Shown here: positions 31,374 through 41,896 of the stretch, one piece after another
Numbering within the stretch: the stretch's first letter is position 1
Layout: each line of letters begins with the position of its first letter
Source: Alphaproteobacteria bacterium
Lineage (GTDB): Bacteria; Pseudomonadota; Alphaproteobacteria; SHVV01
Reading direction: 5' to 3'
Assembly: GCA_965261735.1 (NCBI GenBank)
Contig: OZ253470.1
Location: forward strand, 3,712,001 to 3,776,000
DNA: 64,000 bases
Program-made: the position numbers and the translations under genes
The notes under the pieces: model-generated
Told to the model about the DNA's origin: nothing
Database searches by the model: none
What the model saw: the letters and a program-made list of their open reading frames with translations, nothing else

Positions 31374-32930
31374 ATGCCCCTTCGGTCCCCTCGTCTCCTC
31401 CGCGCTGACGCCGGGCGCGCGCCACCCCGTGCGCCTGCCACTCCTCGCCCCGCCGCCGGTCGCTGGATTCTCGCTGCCAGCATCGGCGGCTCCAGCATGG
31501 TGTTCCTCGACGGCACCGCACTCAACATCGCCCTGCCGGTGTTGCAGGCGGAGTTTCGTGCCACCATTCCCGAGGTGCAGTGGATCGTCGCGGCCTACGC
31601 GCTGTTCCTCGCGGCGCTCATGCTGGTGGGCGGCTCCCTCGGCGACTATCTCGGCCGTCGCCGCGTCTATGGTCTGGGGGTCGGTATTTTCGCCTTCGCC
31701 TCGCTGCTGTGCGGGCTCTCGCAGGACGTCACGCAATTGGTCGTGGCCCGCGCGGCGCAGGGGATCGGCGGCGCGCTGCTCGTCCCCGCCAGCCTCGCAC
31801 TCATCAACGCGACCTTCCCGGCCGCCGAGCGCGGCCGCGCCATCGGCACCTGGTCGGCGTTTTCCGCCGTGCCGGCCCTGGCCGGTCCGCTGCTCGGGGG
31901 ATGGCTGATCGAGGTCCTCTCCTGGCGCTGGATCTTTTTCATTAACCTGCCGCTGGCGGCGTGCGTGCTGGCGGTTCTCGTCCTGCGCGTGCCGGCGGTT
32001 CCGGGCGAGCGAGCGGCGGGCCGGCCCGACTGGTGGGGCGCCCTGTTGGCGAGCCTCGGGCTCGGCGCCATCGTGTTTGCCCTGATCCGCGCTGCCGCCG
32101 TCGGTTTTGGCGCGCCGATCGTGCACGCAACCCTGGCCGCGGGCGGCCTCGGGCTCGTTCTGTTCGTGATTCACGAGAGCCGCGCTAGCCAGCCGATGAT
32201 GCCCCTGTGGCTGTTCCGCTCGCGCGGCTTCAGCAGCGCCAACCTGCTCACGCTGCTGCTCTACGGCGCCCTAGGCGGCGCCTTCTTTTTCCTCCCCTTC
32301 AATCTCATCCAGGTGCAGGGCTACACGACACTCGAGGCCGGCGCCGCGCTTTCGCCGACCATCGTTCTCATCTTCCTCCTGTCGCGCTCGGCCGGCGCGC
32401 TGCTCGGGCGGGTTGGCGCACGATGGCTGTTGACGGTCGGCCCGCTCATCGCGGCGGGCGGATTCTTCCTCTTCGCCCTTCCCGGTATAGGCGGCAGCTA
32501 CTGGACCACCTTCTTCCCCGCCGCGGTCGCTCTCGGCGCCGGCATGGCCATCACCATCGCTCCCTTGGTCAGCGTTGTCTTCGGCGCCGTCGATCCCCTG
32601 CGGTCCGGCGTCGCCGCCGGCGTCAACATCACGATCTCGCGCGTCGCCAGCCTGATGGCGGTACCGATTCTCGCGGTCGTCGCGTTCGATCACTTCAACC
32701 GCGATCTCGACCGTAGCCTCGCCCGCCTCGCGCTATCGCCGCCGGCCCTGGCCGCCTTCGAGCCCGAGCGGACCAAGCTCGCCGCGGCGCAGCCGCCGCC
32801 AGTGCTGGGGCCCGGCGCCGCAGCGGCCCTATCGCGCGCGATCGACGAGGCGTTCGTCTACAGCTTTCGCCGCATCATGCTGATTGCGGCGGCCCTGGGG
32901 GCGCCAGCGCGCTGGTCGGCCTATTGGTGA
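31374..32930 (+). CDS. MFS DHA2-type (EmrB/QacA-like) transporter; probable frameshift in the last TM helix
   Basis: FLDGTALNIALP, GSLGDYLGRRR, WRWIFFINLP. The hydrophobic helix continues in another frame (ASALVGLLVIG) near 32900. Confidence 0.85.
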   Translation: MPLRSPRLLRADAGRAPPRAPATPRPAAGRWILAASIGGSSMVFLDGTALNIALPVLQAEFRATIPEVQWIVAAYALFLAALMLVGGSLGDYLGRRRVYGLGVGIFAFASLLCGLSQDVTQLVVARAAQGIGGALLVPASLALINATFPAAERGRAIGTWSAFSAVPALAGPLLGGWLIEVLSWRWIFFINLPLAACVLAVLVLRVPAVPGERAAGRPDWWGALLASLGLGAIVFALIRAAAVGFGAPIVHATLAAGGLGLVLFVIHESRASQPMMPLWLFRSRGFSSANLLTLLLYGALGGAFFFLPFNLIQVQGYTTLEAGAALSPTIVLIFLLSRSAGALLGRVGARWLLTVGPLIAAGGFFLFALPGIGGSYWTTFFPAAVALGAGMAITIAPLVSVVFGAVDPLRSGVAAGVNITISRVASLMAVPILAVVAFDHFNRDLDRSLARLALSPPALAAFEPERTKLAAAQPPPVLGPGAAAALSRAIDEAFVYSFRRIMLIAAALGAPARWSAYW

Positions 32931-33017
32931 TCGGCGCTGCGCCCGCGCGCCCCGCCGGCGCGCCGCAGGTGCGTGAGCGTGCCGGCCCGGGTCCGTGACC
33001 CGAAAGAGAGAGACGAA

Positions 33018-34744
33018 CTAGAATCGACGATTGAGACGTATCACGAGCGTGGCCGCGCCGGCCGCCTCCCGCATGTGGCCGGGCTCGTGCTGGTAGAGCA
33101 GGTTGGCACCAAGGTCGACGCCACGAAAGGGCGTGAACGCGTAGGAGACCTCCAGGTCGATCTCGCGCCCTCCCGCAACCAGCTCCACGCCCTCGCGCGA
33201 ATGGGTAACGGCGCCGCTGGCATAGTCGATACCTGTCGGGACGACCGCCCTCGCCCCTGCGCGCCAGGCCCGCAGCGGCTGCGAGATCGACAGGCCGAGG
33301 CGATCTCCGCCCGCGACGACGCCCGCTGCCAGGAGGCTCACGCCGTAGCTCGAGGTTGCGATCTCGGTGAAGTCCTGCAGTAGCCCGACCCCGGTATCGT
33401 CGACCCGGGTAACGCCTTGGGCGGTATATGCGGCCAGCGTCCATTTATCGCTCACGGGGAGCACACCAGAGAGGCCGGCGAACATGGTTCGTGCCCCCGA
33501 GAAAGAATCATAGGCGCCAGAGGCGACGCTATCGAGGACGCTCCCGTCCTCGGTCAGGGTGCCGAATCGCGCGCTCCAGCGAAGCTCGGGTGCGCGGCCG
33601 CGCGCGAGCTCGATGAACGCGGCGTGACGGGCGCGGCTCCCATGGAGTTCGCCGAAATCCCGCTCGCCGCTGGCAACCGCGAGCGCGAGGCGAGTACGCG
33701 CGCCCGCGGCGAGCTCGACGGCCAGGTGTTCGCCCTGTCCGACCATCGCCAGATACGGCGAGGCGAGGGGTGCCTTGGCCAGAAAAAGATCGGCGGGCGC
33801 GCCGGCGAGCGCCGCGGCGCCGAGGAGGTCCATGAGCGCGGCGCCGAAGCCGAGCGCCATTCGTGCGTTGCCGGAGAGGGGAGCCGAGAACGCGAGTTCC
33901 GGATTCTCGATCGCCGGGTTCGCGTTATCGGTTTCGCGCCAGCCGACCGGCGCGCCCGGAAGCTGGCCTTGGGTCAGCGTGAAAGCGAAGGACAGTCGTG
34001 CATCCGCTCCGACGTCAAGGGTGTCGGCCCGGCGCTCCTGGTTGTGCGCCAGCAGGTTCTCGAGGTCGAGCCCCTCATCGGCGGCCAGCGCCAGCGCCGA
34101 AAGATCGGCGAGATAGGCGCGGCCAAAGGAATCGAGGACGATGGCGTTGGTGAGCGCGGGCGCTCCTACGAGTGCATCGCCAAAGGCCGCGCCCAAAGTC
34201 AGGGTCGTCGCATCGAGATCGGCCCCACTCCCTTTGCCGGCTGCCACCGAAAGGGTGCCGAGCGGCGCCAGGGCCGCGCTCAGGTTCAGGAGACCCTGGC
34301 CGACGCCGGCGAGCCCGAGATCGGTCGCGGTCGTGAGCAGGATTTGCACCGCCTGCTCTGGCGTCAGCCCGGGGAATCGCTCGAGCATGAGCGCCACGCC
34401 CCCGCTCACCTGGGGCGCCGAGAACGACGTGCCGCTCGCCGTCACCGTGCCGCCGCCGACCGCCGTGGTCACGATGTTCTCGCCCGGCGCGACGAGGGTT
34501 GCCGTTGCGGTGTCCCCGGCACGGTTGCTGAACGAGGAGATGGCGTTGTTGGCGTCGACCGCGCCCACGGCGATCATGCGGCCGAGGGCATCGAAATTGC
34601 CGAGGCCGACGGCGCCGTGGAAGCCCTCGGGGCAGGGCACCGTGGCGCTGCAGTTGGAGAGGCGGGCGGGAAACTGGACCTCGGTGCCGAAACCCGAGCC
34701 GCCTTCGTTGCCGGCCGCGGACACGATGACGACCCCAGCCGCCA
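33018..34744 (-). pseudogene. S8 subtilisin-family peptidase with beta-barrel-like C-terminus; 5' part lost at an ISKra4 boundary
   Basis: VSAAGN, SSFSN, LVAPG, SGTSFSAP present; the N-terminal catalytic Asp/His region is absent; ends in terminal Phe. Confidence 0.85.
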
Positions 34745-36380
34745 GGGTGCGAGTCTCGCATGGCAGTGATGTCTGCGGCTTGGTTCGTTGAGTTCAGGCA
34801 GCGATTGCCATGGCTGCTGCACGTGGACTGATGTTGTCGTTGGCCGGTGTGTCGGTTGCGCTGATCAGGGCCTTCCATGCGCGCTCGAAGCGGCCGGATT
34901 TGATCAGGGCGCGGAAGGTCAGAACAGCCTGTCCGCCGACGATCCGCCAGCGCATGCCGGAGCGCTTCATGCGCTGTGTCACCAGGGATCTTGTTGGCAG
35001 CCTCGACCACGCCTGAGCCGATGGCGATGCCCTCTTCCTTCAGGGCGTGGTAGCGCATGCGATGGCGATGCTTGCGGAAGAAGGCGAGTTCCCGCTCGGT
35101 CTCGGCCCGGTCCGGCGCAGCGGCGGCATCGCGAAGGTGGCGCAGCGCCCGGATCACCTTGGCGACGCCACGGGGATCGTGACGGAGGATCTCGCGGTAC
35201 TTCTCGAACCAGCCGGGCGCCACGGCATGGTCGGACGCGGTTTGCAGATGTTCGCAAGCATGCCAGAAGTCGATCACCTCGGTTTCGGGCGACAGGGTCT
35301 CCAGGAAGGTCCAGTTGTCGGCGGCGCCATCGGCGATAGCGACGATCCCGATCTCGGGGCGTGCTCGCCTGATGTGTGCGACTTCGCTTGCAAGCTGCGC
35401 CTTCAGCGTGAGCTTGCCGCTCTCCGGCATGGGGCCGAGATAGAGGGTCTTCAGGCGCTTGCCCTCGGCGTCGTGGAAGGAGACCGTGCCGCAGGCGGCC
35501 TCGCGCCAGGAGGCCTTGGCGCGACCGTCCTCGCCGGGTCTCAGCGGCACCATGACGCCGTCGAGGGAGACCGAGGCGGTGGTCGCGTCCTGCGGTATGC
35601 CCTCGGCCTCACGGATGCTGCCCAGCGTCTCCGGGCCGAGGCTCTCCCAGCATTCGTGCATGCTCAGGGTCAGGCGCTCACCGACGGCGTCATGGCGCCG
35701 GTCTTCGCAAAGAACGCCGCCGCTTCCCGGGCCGTGCAGCGACCCATCATCAGCAGACCGAGTTCGGCCGCCGGCCGCGTCAGGTAATCGTCGACGAGGC
35801 CCAGGCTCTCGTCGACCGGCCACCGGCGATGCCCCGCTCGCGCCGCTGCGGTAACGCGCTCGCCGGTAGGCGAGCGAGGTCATGATCGTCTTCGGCGTCA
35901 CCGCGACCCGGAACCAGCTCTGCCCGTCCCGCTCGATCCGGGAAGCGCCATCGTCCCGGTTCTCGATGACGGCGCCCATGACATCGCGAGCGAACTCGTT
36001 CGTGGCCTCACGCACCCGCAACTCGACCTCCTCGGGCGCCTCGGGGCGCGGCTCGGAACGAAGCTCCTCGCGACACAGTGCGAGCACCCGGGCGGCCGCC
36101 TCGACGACCCGAGGAGGCAGGCCGGAAAGATCGATGGACGAAGGCGCCGGAGGCGGGGATACTGCCATGGGAATGCCCCCGATGTTGGGTTTCGAGACAC
36201 GGCATCGTACCGCTTCTGGCGGTGCGGAGCGTTCCCACCTTCCCCTGCTCGACCCTGCCGTCGTGACAAAATCCTGCCTTGGAGCGGCCCATTGTCACGA
36301 ATAGCCGTTTTCGGCCGTTCGTCTCGACACAAAAACGCACTAAATCAATGACTTAGATTTTCCATACCAGACCCACACCC
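34745..36380 (-). mobile_element. ISKra4-like element, full length, frameshifted transposase
   Basis: Imperfect TIRs gggtgtgggtctggtatgg / gggtgcgagtctcgcatgg; no matching TSD. Confidence 0.88.
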
Positions 36381-36646
36381 TCTCAATCAGCGTCTTGGTG
36401 GCGGCTAGCTCCGACACTTTGCGCAGCGCGTGGGGTGCTCAAGATCCACGGCCTGGTCAAACCGCTCCATCTGCACGCTTGTTGAGGGAAACGGGACCAC
36501 TGATAATAAACGAGGATTCTCGTTGGTAATGGGGGCTCGCAAACAACGAGAATCACTGGTAGTACCGGTGGTGCTGTAGGTTCAAATGGGGATGGGCTCG
36601 CCGAGGGACGATGGGTATCGGGCGCTAACTCAACATCGGTGACCTG

Positions 36647-36743
36647 ATATCCGCTTTCCGGCCGATCATGCCCGCTTCAGGGCCAAGAGCGGACCTACAA
36701 AGCAGGGTAGCGGCAGGTCTGCTACTGACCCAAAGCGGACGTC
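36647..36743. repeat. Cluster of short imperfect palindromes (tccgct...agcggac type)
   Basis: atccgcttt, cccgctt...gagcggacc, gtctgct...aaagcggacgt. Confidence 0.4.
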
Positions 36744-37321
36744 CGGCTGGCACCGATGGGGGCGACTGACAGTCGATAACTAGCCTAGTTCAACCGGGCG
36801 CAAGCCCTGTCGAAGCCACCGCTCGAAAATGGCGAGTAAGGAGCCTCCACCGTCAGGACTATGTTTTTGCGAGCAGCGAGTTGCACTCGTTGACCACGTC
36901 ATTGTCGGCTTCCTCCTCACCGGGCAGGACCGCCCACTGCTCGGCAAGTTTGCGCCGATCACCGAAATTGTTGAGCACGTCGGATGTCGCCTCCGGATCC
37001 GATCGAGCCCGCTCCGCGCAGAGCCCTGCTCGATAGGAAACGACCGCATCGCTGATTTGCACTCTCCATCGTCCTGGTAGTGACTTGCCAGCCGATCCAG
37101 CTGGAGATGAATGGCCCCACCACCAAGCCAATCACCAGGAAGATTATGCGCGGCCTCCACTCCTGAATTATCGTAACTACCCAGGTACCCCGCTCCTGAC
37201 CGCGAGAGGATGATGTAGGTGGTCGCCGGGGCCGGGTTTCCGCCGCCGCGTCGTTGATCGTCTCTTGACTCCATAGAATCGGGCGTCTATGGGTTGCGCT
37301 CTCGTGTGACGGGAGCGGCGC

Positions 37322-37987
37322 GTGGGATATTTCGGGTCGAAGGCGACGAGCGGTCTGTGCCAGGCGCTGATTGCGCTGATGCCGCCGCACAGCGTTTACA
37401 TCGAGAGCCACCTGGGGGGCGGTGCGCTGATGAAGCGCAAGCCAACGGGCGTGCGCTCGATCGGCATCGACCGCGATGCGCAGGCGCTCGAGGCCTTTGC
37501 CTGTGACTACCCGGTCGAGTTGGTGCATGGCTGTGCCCATGCCTTTTTGGCCTCGTTCCCGTTTCTGGGCCCGGAGCTGGTCTACAGCGATCCCCCCTAT
37601 CTGCACGCGACCCGCCGTTCGGCACGGCGCTATCGCTTCGACTTCGAGGAGGTCGACCATGTCGCGCTCCTGGACCTGCTCAAGGATCTGCCCTGCCAGG
37701 TGATGGTCTCGGGCCATCCCTCGGCGCTCTATGACGAGATGCTGGCGGGCTGGCGCAGTCTGGCGCTGCAGGTGACGACCCAGGCCCAGGTGCGGACCGA
37801 GGTCGTGTGGTTCAACTTCGCGCCCGACCGGGTGCATTGGGCGAGCTACGCAGGCCGGAACTTCACCGACCGCCAGCGCATCAAGCGTAAGGCGGCCAAC
37901 TGGGGCCGGCGTTACAAGGCCTTGCCGGCGGGCGAACGCCTCGCGGTGCTGGCCGCCATGATGGCCGTCGATGCCGAGGACCCGTGA
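37322..37987 (+). CDS. D12-class (Dam-like) N6-adenine DNA methyltransferase, 221 aa
   Basis: YFGSK, YIESHLGGGA (SAM binding), YSDPPY (catalytic), VMVSG, RTEVVW. Confidence 0.88.
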   Translation: MGYFGSKATSGLCQALIALMPPHSVYIESHLGGGALMKRKPTGVRSIGIDRDAQALEAFACDYPVELVHGCAHAFLASFPFLGPELVYSDPPYLHATRRSARRYRFDFEEVDHVALLDLLKDLPCQVMVSGHPSALYDEMLAGWRSLALQVTTQAQVRTEVVWFNFAPDRVHWASYAGRNFTDRQRIKRKAANWGRRYKALPAGERLAVLAAMMAVDAEDP

Positions 37988-39522
37988 CGCTGTCGCGCTG
38001 GCACGAGGACCTCGCCGCCCATGACGAGGCCTTCGCGTGCCTGCAAGATCTTCTTGACCCCTCATCCTTCGCAACCACAGTCGTCAAGGCCTTCGGGGAA
38101 TGGGGCCAGGGGCTGTTGCGCCTGGCCACGGCGCTCGTCCGGGAGAATGCCGCGCTCGAGCGGGAGAACGCGACCCTGCGGGACCGCATCGCCGAGCTCG
38201 AGCGGAGCGCGGCGCTTGACAGCACCACCAGCAGCAAGCCGCCCGCCAGCGACGGCCTGCGCAAGAAGAGCCGAACCCAGAGGCGCACCCGAAGCCAGCG
38301 CGGCAAGTCCGGCAGGCCAAGCGGCGGCCAGCCGGGCCACAAGGGAACGACGCTGGCGCGGACCGAGAGCCCGGACCATGTTGTGGATCATGACCCCTCC
38401 GCCTGTTCGGGCTGCGGCGCACCGCTGTCGGACGCCGACCGTCACCGCGCGCCCGTCTGTCGACAGGTCTTCGATGTGCCCGAGCCACGCCCCCTGGAGG
38501 TCACCGAACACCGCGCCCATCGCTGCCTCTGCGGCGCCTGCGCCACCGTGACAGGAGCCGTCTTCGCGGACGGCGTGACCGCCCCGGTCCAGTACGGGCC
38601 ACGCATCACCGCCTGGGTGAGCTACCTGCTGTACGCCCAGTTCGTTCCCGAGAAGCGCTTGGCCGAACTCATGAGCGACCTCTTCGCAGTGTCCATCTCC
38701 ACAGCCACGATCACCGCCATGGGCCGGCGAACCGCCAGGCGCTTCGAGCCCTTCCTCGCCCATGTCGCAGACGTGATCCGCACAGCGGTCCCGGTCAAGC
38801 ACCTCGACGAAACCGGCCTGCGGATCGCCGCCCGTACCCGCTGGCTCCACGTGCTGTGCACCCCATTCCTGACCGTCCTGCGCATCGGCGCGGGACGCGG
38901 CGATGTCGAAAAGGACCTCGAAGGCATCCTCATCCATGACGATTACGCCGCCTACTTCACCCTCAAGGGCGTGCGCCACGGCGCCTGCAACGCCCATCAC
39001 CTGCGCGAACTCCAGGCCCTGATCGACATCGAGAAGGAAGACTGGGCAAAGAGCATGCACCGCCTCCTTGAGCGCGCACACAGGGCTACCCGCTTCTCCC
39101 GTGAGAACGGCCGCGACGCGCCCGCCTCCCTGGTGGCCCGGATCTCGCGGGCCTGGGCCCGCATCCTCGACCACGCCATCGCCTTCCACGAGGCGCAGCC
39201 GCCGCTCCGGACCGGCAAGCGCGGACGAAAGAAACGCCGCATCGGTCATAACCTCGCGCTCCGCCTCCGCAAGCACAAGGAGGGATGCCTGCGATTCCTC
39301 ACCGACCCGCGCACGCCGTTTACGAACAATGAGGCCGAACGTGACCTCCGAATGGCCAAGCTGCGCCAGAAGATCTCCGGTGGCTTCCGCTCCGAGAGGG
39401 GTGCCTGCAACTTCGCCAGAATGCGTGCCGTCATCGCCACCGCCCGAAAGCAAGGCTGGAACGTCCTCCAGACCCTGGTGCATCCCGATCCGATGCAACT
39501 AATCCCCCAACTGCGCCTCTGA
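37984..39522 (+). CDS. IS66 transposase (TnpC-like)
   Basis: Coiled coil, SSKPPASD, GGQPGHKG, CSGC, HLDETG, LIHDD, CNAHHLRE, FTNNEAERDLR. Exact start uncertain. Confidence 0.93.
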   Translation: MTLSRWHEDLAAHDEAFACLQDLLDPSSFATTVVKAFGEWGQGLLRLATALVRENAALERENATLRDRIAELERSAALDSTTSSKPPASDGLRKKSRTQRRTRSQRGKSGRPSGGQPGHKGTTLARTESPDHVVDHDPSACSGCGAPLSDADRHRAPVCRQVFDVPEPRPLEVTEHRAHRCLCGACATVTGAVFADGVTAPVQYGPRITAWVSYLLYAQFVPEKRLAELMSDLFAVSISTATITAMGRRTARRFEPFLAHVADVIRTAVPVKHLDETGLRIAARTRWLHVLCTPFLTVLRIGAGRGDVEKDLEGILIHDDYAAYFTLKGVRHGACNAHHLRELQALIDIEKEDWAKSMHRLLERAHRATRFSRENGRDAPASLVARISRAWARILDHAIAFHEAQPPLRTGKRGRKKRRIGHNLALRLRKHKEGCLRFLTDPRTPFTNNEAERDLRMAKLRQKISGGFRSERGACNFARMRAVIATARKQGWNVLQTLVHPDPMQLIPQLRL

Positions 39523-40179
39523 GAACACCGGCACCGCTACCAGCCCGGACCCCCACGATCCCTCACATACAAACGCTCGGGCCAATCAGACCTGGGTAGT
39601 TACGAATTATCTTCACCTGTTCGAGTCCTTTTCGCCTGACATTTCCCAGATAACCGTCAAATCGACTCCGACAGTACCTGATTTTTCACCGACCATCGGA
39701 TTCGTTCACCAGAGCGTCTTGATGGCGCGCGTCGCGGTGGGCCTGCTCGTCCCGATCAGCTCATGCCGAGCGGGCGGCAGCTCGAAATGCAAGGACTGGA
39801 CGTGGGGGGAATTCCGCGCCCGTTGGCCGCCCTCGGCGCGTTGAATGAGCTGGTTTCTTGCACCAGGAAGACCGACACGACTTGATCACGGATACAACAG
39901 AGAGTTCTTCAGCAGCCTCGGCTAAAAGCAGGCATTCTAGTGTGAGTGCGCCTAACGTCCACTAGTGCGTCACATAATGACTGGGAGGAACTACGCATGA
40001 ATAAGTCATTGTTAGCGTCGTGCCGAGCGCTCTTCCTCGCCGCGGCTTTCGCTGCGACTGCCGTTCTCGCCGGCGTGGCCCCGGCGGAAGCCGCCGCGTC
40101 CAAGCTGAAAATCCTCTTTGGGACGCCGCCGACGACATACGCCATCCCCTACTACCTCGCTATCGACAAAGGCTGGTTT

Positions 40180-41045
40180 CTTGCCTATCCGGTTAACGCC
40201 CATGACCGCTACATGTAGGGTGCCGCCACTCTCCCGAGTAAAGCTCGGCATAGGTTGGAGCAGAGGTGTCGCCCGCGATGCCGAGCAATGAGCGGAAGGC
40301 GTTGAACGGGTAGAACCGCCTGTTGAAGCGGAAGGTGAACTCGTTGAGGTAGGCTTGTAGGTGCTGGTGGCTAACGCCGTGGTGGATACCGATCAGCCAC
40401 GTCTTCAGGTTGGCGAAAACCAGATGGATGATCGGCAGGTATTGCTCGGCAACCTCTGGATCACCACACTCGGCAACAGCGAAGTGCTCATAGCCGCGCT
40501 TCCCGAGGCCAGCATAGCCGCTCCAATCGTCAGTAACGATCAGCGATCGCGGCGCGACGGTGCTCTCGACGAACCCACAGAGCGACTCGGCGCTACGGTC
40601 GAGCACGACGGCGAGCCGAACGCGTCCGGCATAGCGTCCGTCTTTCCGGTTGTCGAGCTTGGTGCCCGGCTTTCGATGACGCACCTCGATGGCACAGGAG
40701 ACGGGAACCTTGTGGTGAACACCACGGCCTTCCCCACGCGTTCGCCCGCCAACCCAGGTTTCGTCCACCTCAACATGGTTCTTGGGCTGTCCACCGATCC
40801 TGTCTTGGTTGGGCCGCACCATGCCCGAGCGGAGCTTGTGGAGAATTTGAAAGGCCGTCTCCCCAGCGGGCTTTCTCCAGGTAGGCGGCGCAGGCCGCAT
40901 CATCGGCGAAAAGTCGCTGGAACTCGGGTAGCGAATGCGGGAATGGGAGATCGGCGCGGTCGAGAACATCCATGGCGCGCTCCCCTATATCCGGTTTGCG
41001 CCCACTCTAGCCCTAGTGGGTGTGGGTGTAAACCGGATAGGTAAG
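40180..41045 (-). mobile_element. IS1595-family copy 7 (866 bp, internal deletion)
   Basis: TSD gctggttt / gctggttc; deletion between two gagacggc 8-mers. Confidence 0.92.
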
Positions 41046-41463
41046 GCTGGTTCAAGGACATGGACCTCGAGGTCGAGGACATTCACTTAATCGGTAGCAG
41101 CAACTCGCTGCGCGCCCTGATTTCGGGCAGCGGCGACGTCGTGCTTGTCGGCCCGTCGTCGACCATGCTGAGCATCCAGGGCGGCAGCGGCGTCAAGGTC
41201 ATCGGCTCATGGCAGCCGCGGGTGGACTATCAGCTGATTGGCAGCCGGAAGATGAAGGTCGCCAAGATCGAGGATATTCCCGGTAAGACAATGGCCGGCG
41301 GCGGCGGCATCGGCATGCTCAATCACATGACGTCGATGATCCTGAAAAGAAACGGCCTCGACCCCAAGGTCGACTTCGTTGCGGTGGGCGGCCACGCCGA
41401 TCGGCTGGCAGCGGTGGTCGCGGGCAAGGCGGACTATGCGCTCGTCAACACCTTGCACGCAAC

Positions 41464-41768
41464 CTTGCCTATCCGGTTTACACCCACACCCACTAGGGCT
41501 AGAATGGGCGCAAACCGGATATAGAGGAGCGCGCCATGGATGTTCTCGACCGCGCCGATCTCCCATTCCCGCATTCGCTAGCCGAGTTCCAGCGACTTTT
41601 CCCCGATGATGCGGCCTGCGCCGCCTACCTGGAGAAAGCCCGCTGGGGAGACGGCTTTGCCTGCCCGCACTGCGGCACGGCGGGAGAGCCGTTCCACTTT
41701 GAAAACCGCCCTGGCGTCCTGCGCTGCCGCAAGTGCCGCCAGAACACCGGGCTGACGGTGGGAACAGT
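41464..41768 (+). mobile_element. IS1595-family copy 8, left-end fragment
   Basis: Left TIR and the first ~78 codons, then fused to the 3' end of the host gene. Confidence 0.9.
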
Positions 41769-41896
41769 CCGAACGAGATCACCGAGTTCACGGCCGAGAA
41801 GTACCTCGAATACGGTGTGCTCAAGAAGGCGATCTCCCGCGACCAGGTGCTCGACGCCTCGATCGTCGAGCCGATCATCAAGGAACTGGGCACGTT

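Larger units (their letters stand above)
37173..39603 (+). mobile_element. IS66-family element (single-transposase type) with DNA methyltransferase passenger, 2431 bp
   Basis: Perfect 14-bp TIR gtaactacccaggt; 8-bp TSD gaattatc at 37165-37172 and 39604-39611. Confidence 0.95.
36859..39616 (-). pseudogene. Small membrane-anchored hypothetical protein (~105 aa, two Cys), split by the IS66 element and frameshifted (~37057)
   Basis: GTG at 39616; MKIIQEWRPRIIFLVIGLVVGPF...DAVVSYRAGLCAERAR...ECNSLLAKT after repair. Confidence 0.65.

Noticed and set aside
36361-36380. Shared acccacaccc between the ISKra4 end and the IS1595 left end
   Set aside because: A 10-bp low-complexity match between unrelated families; probably coincidence.
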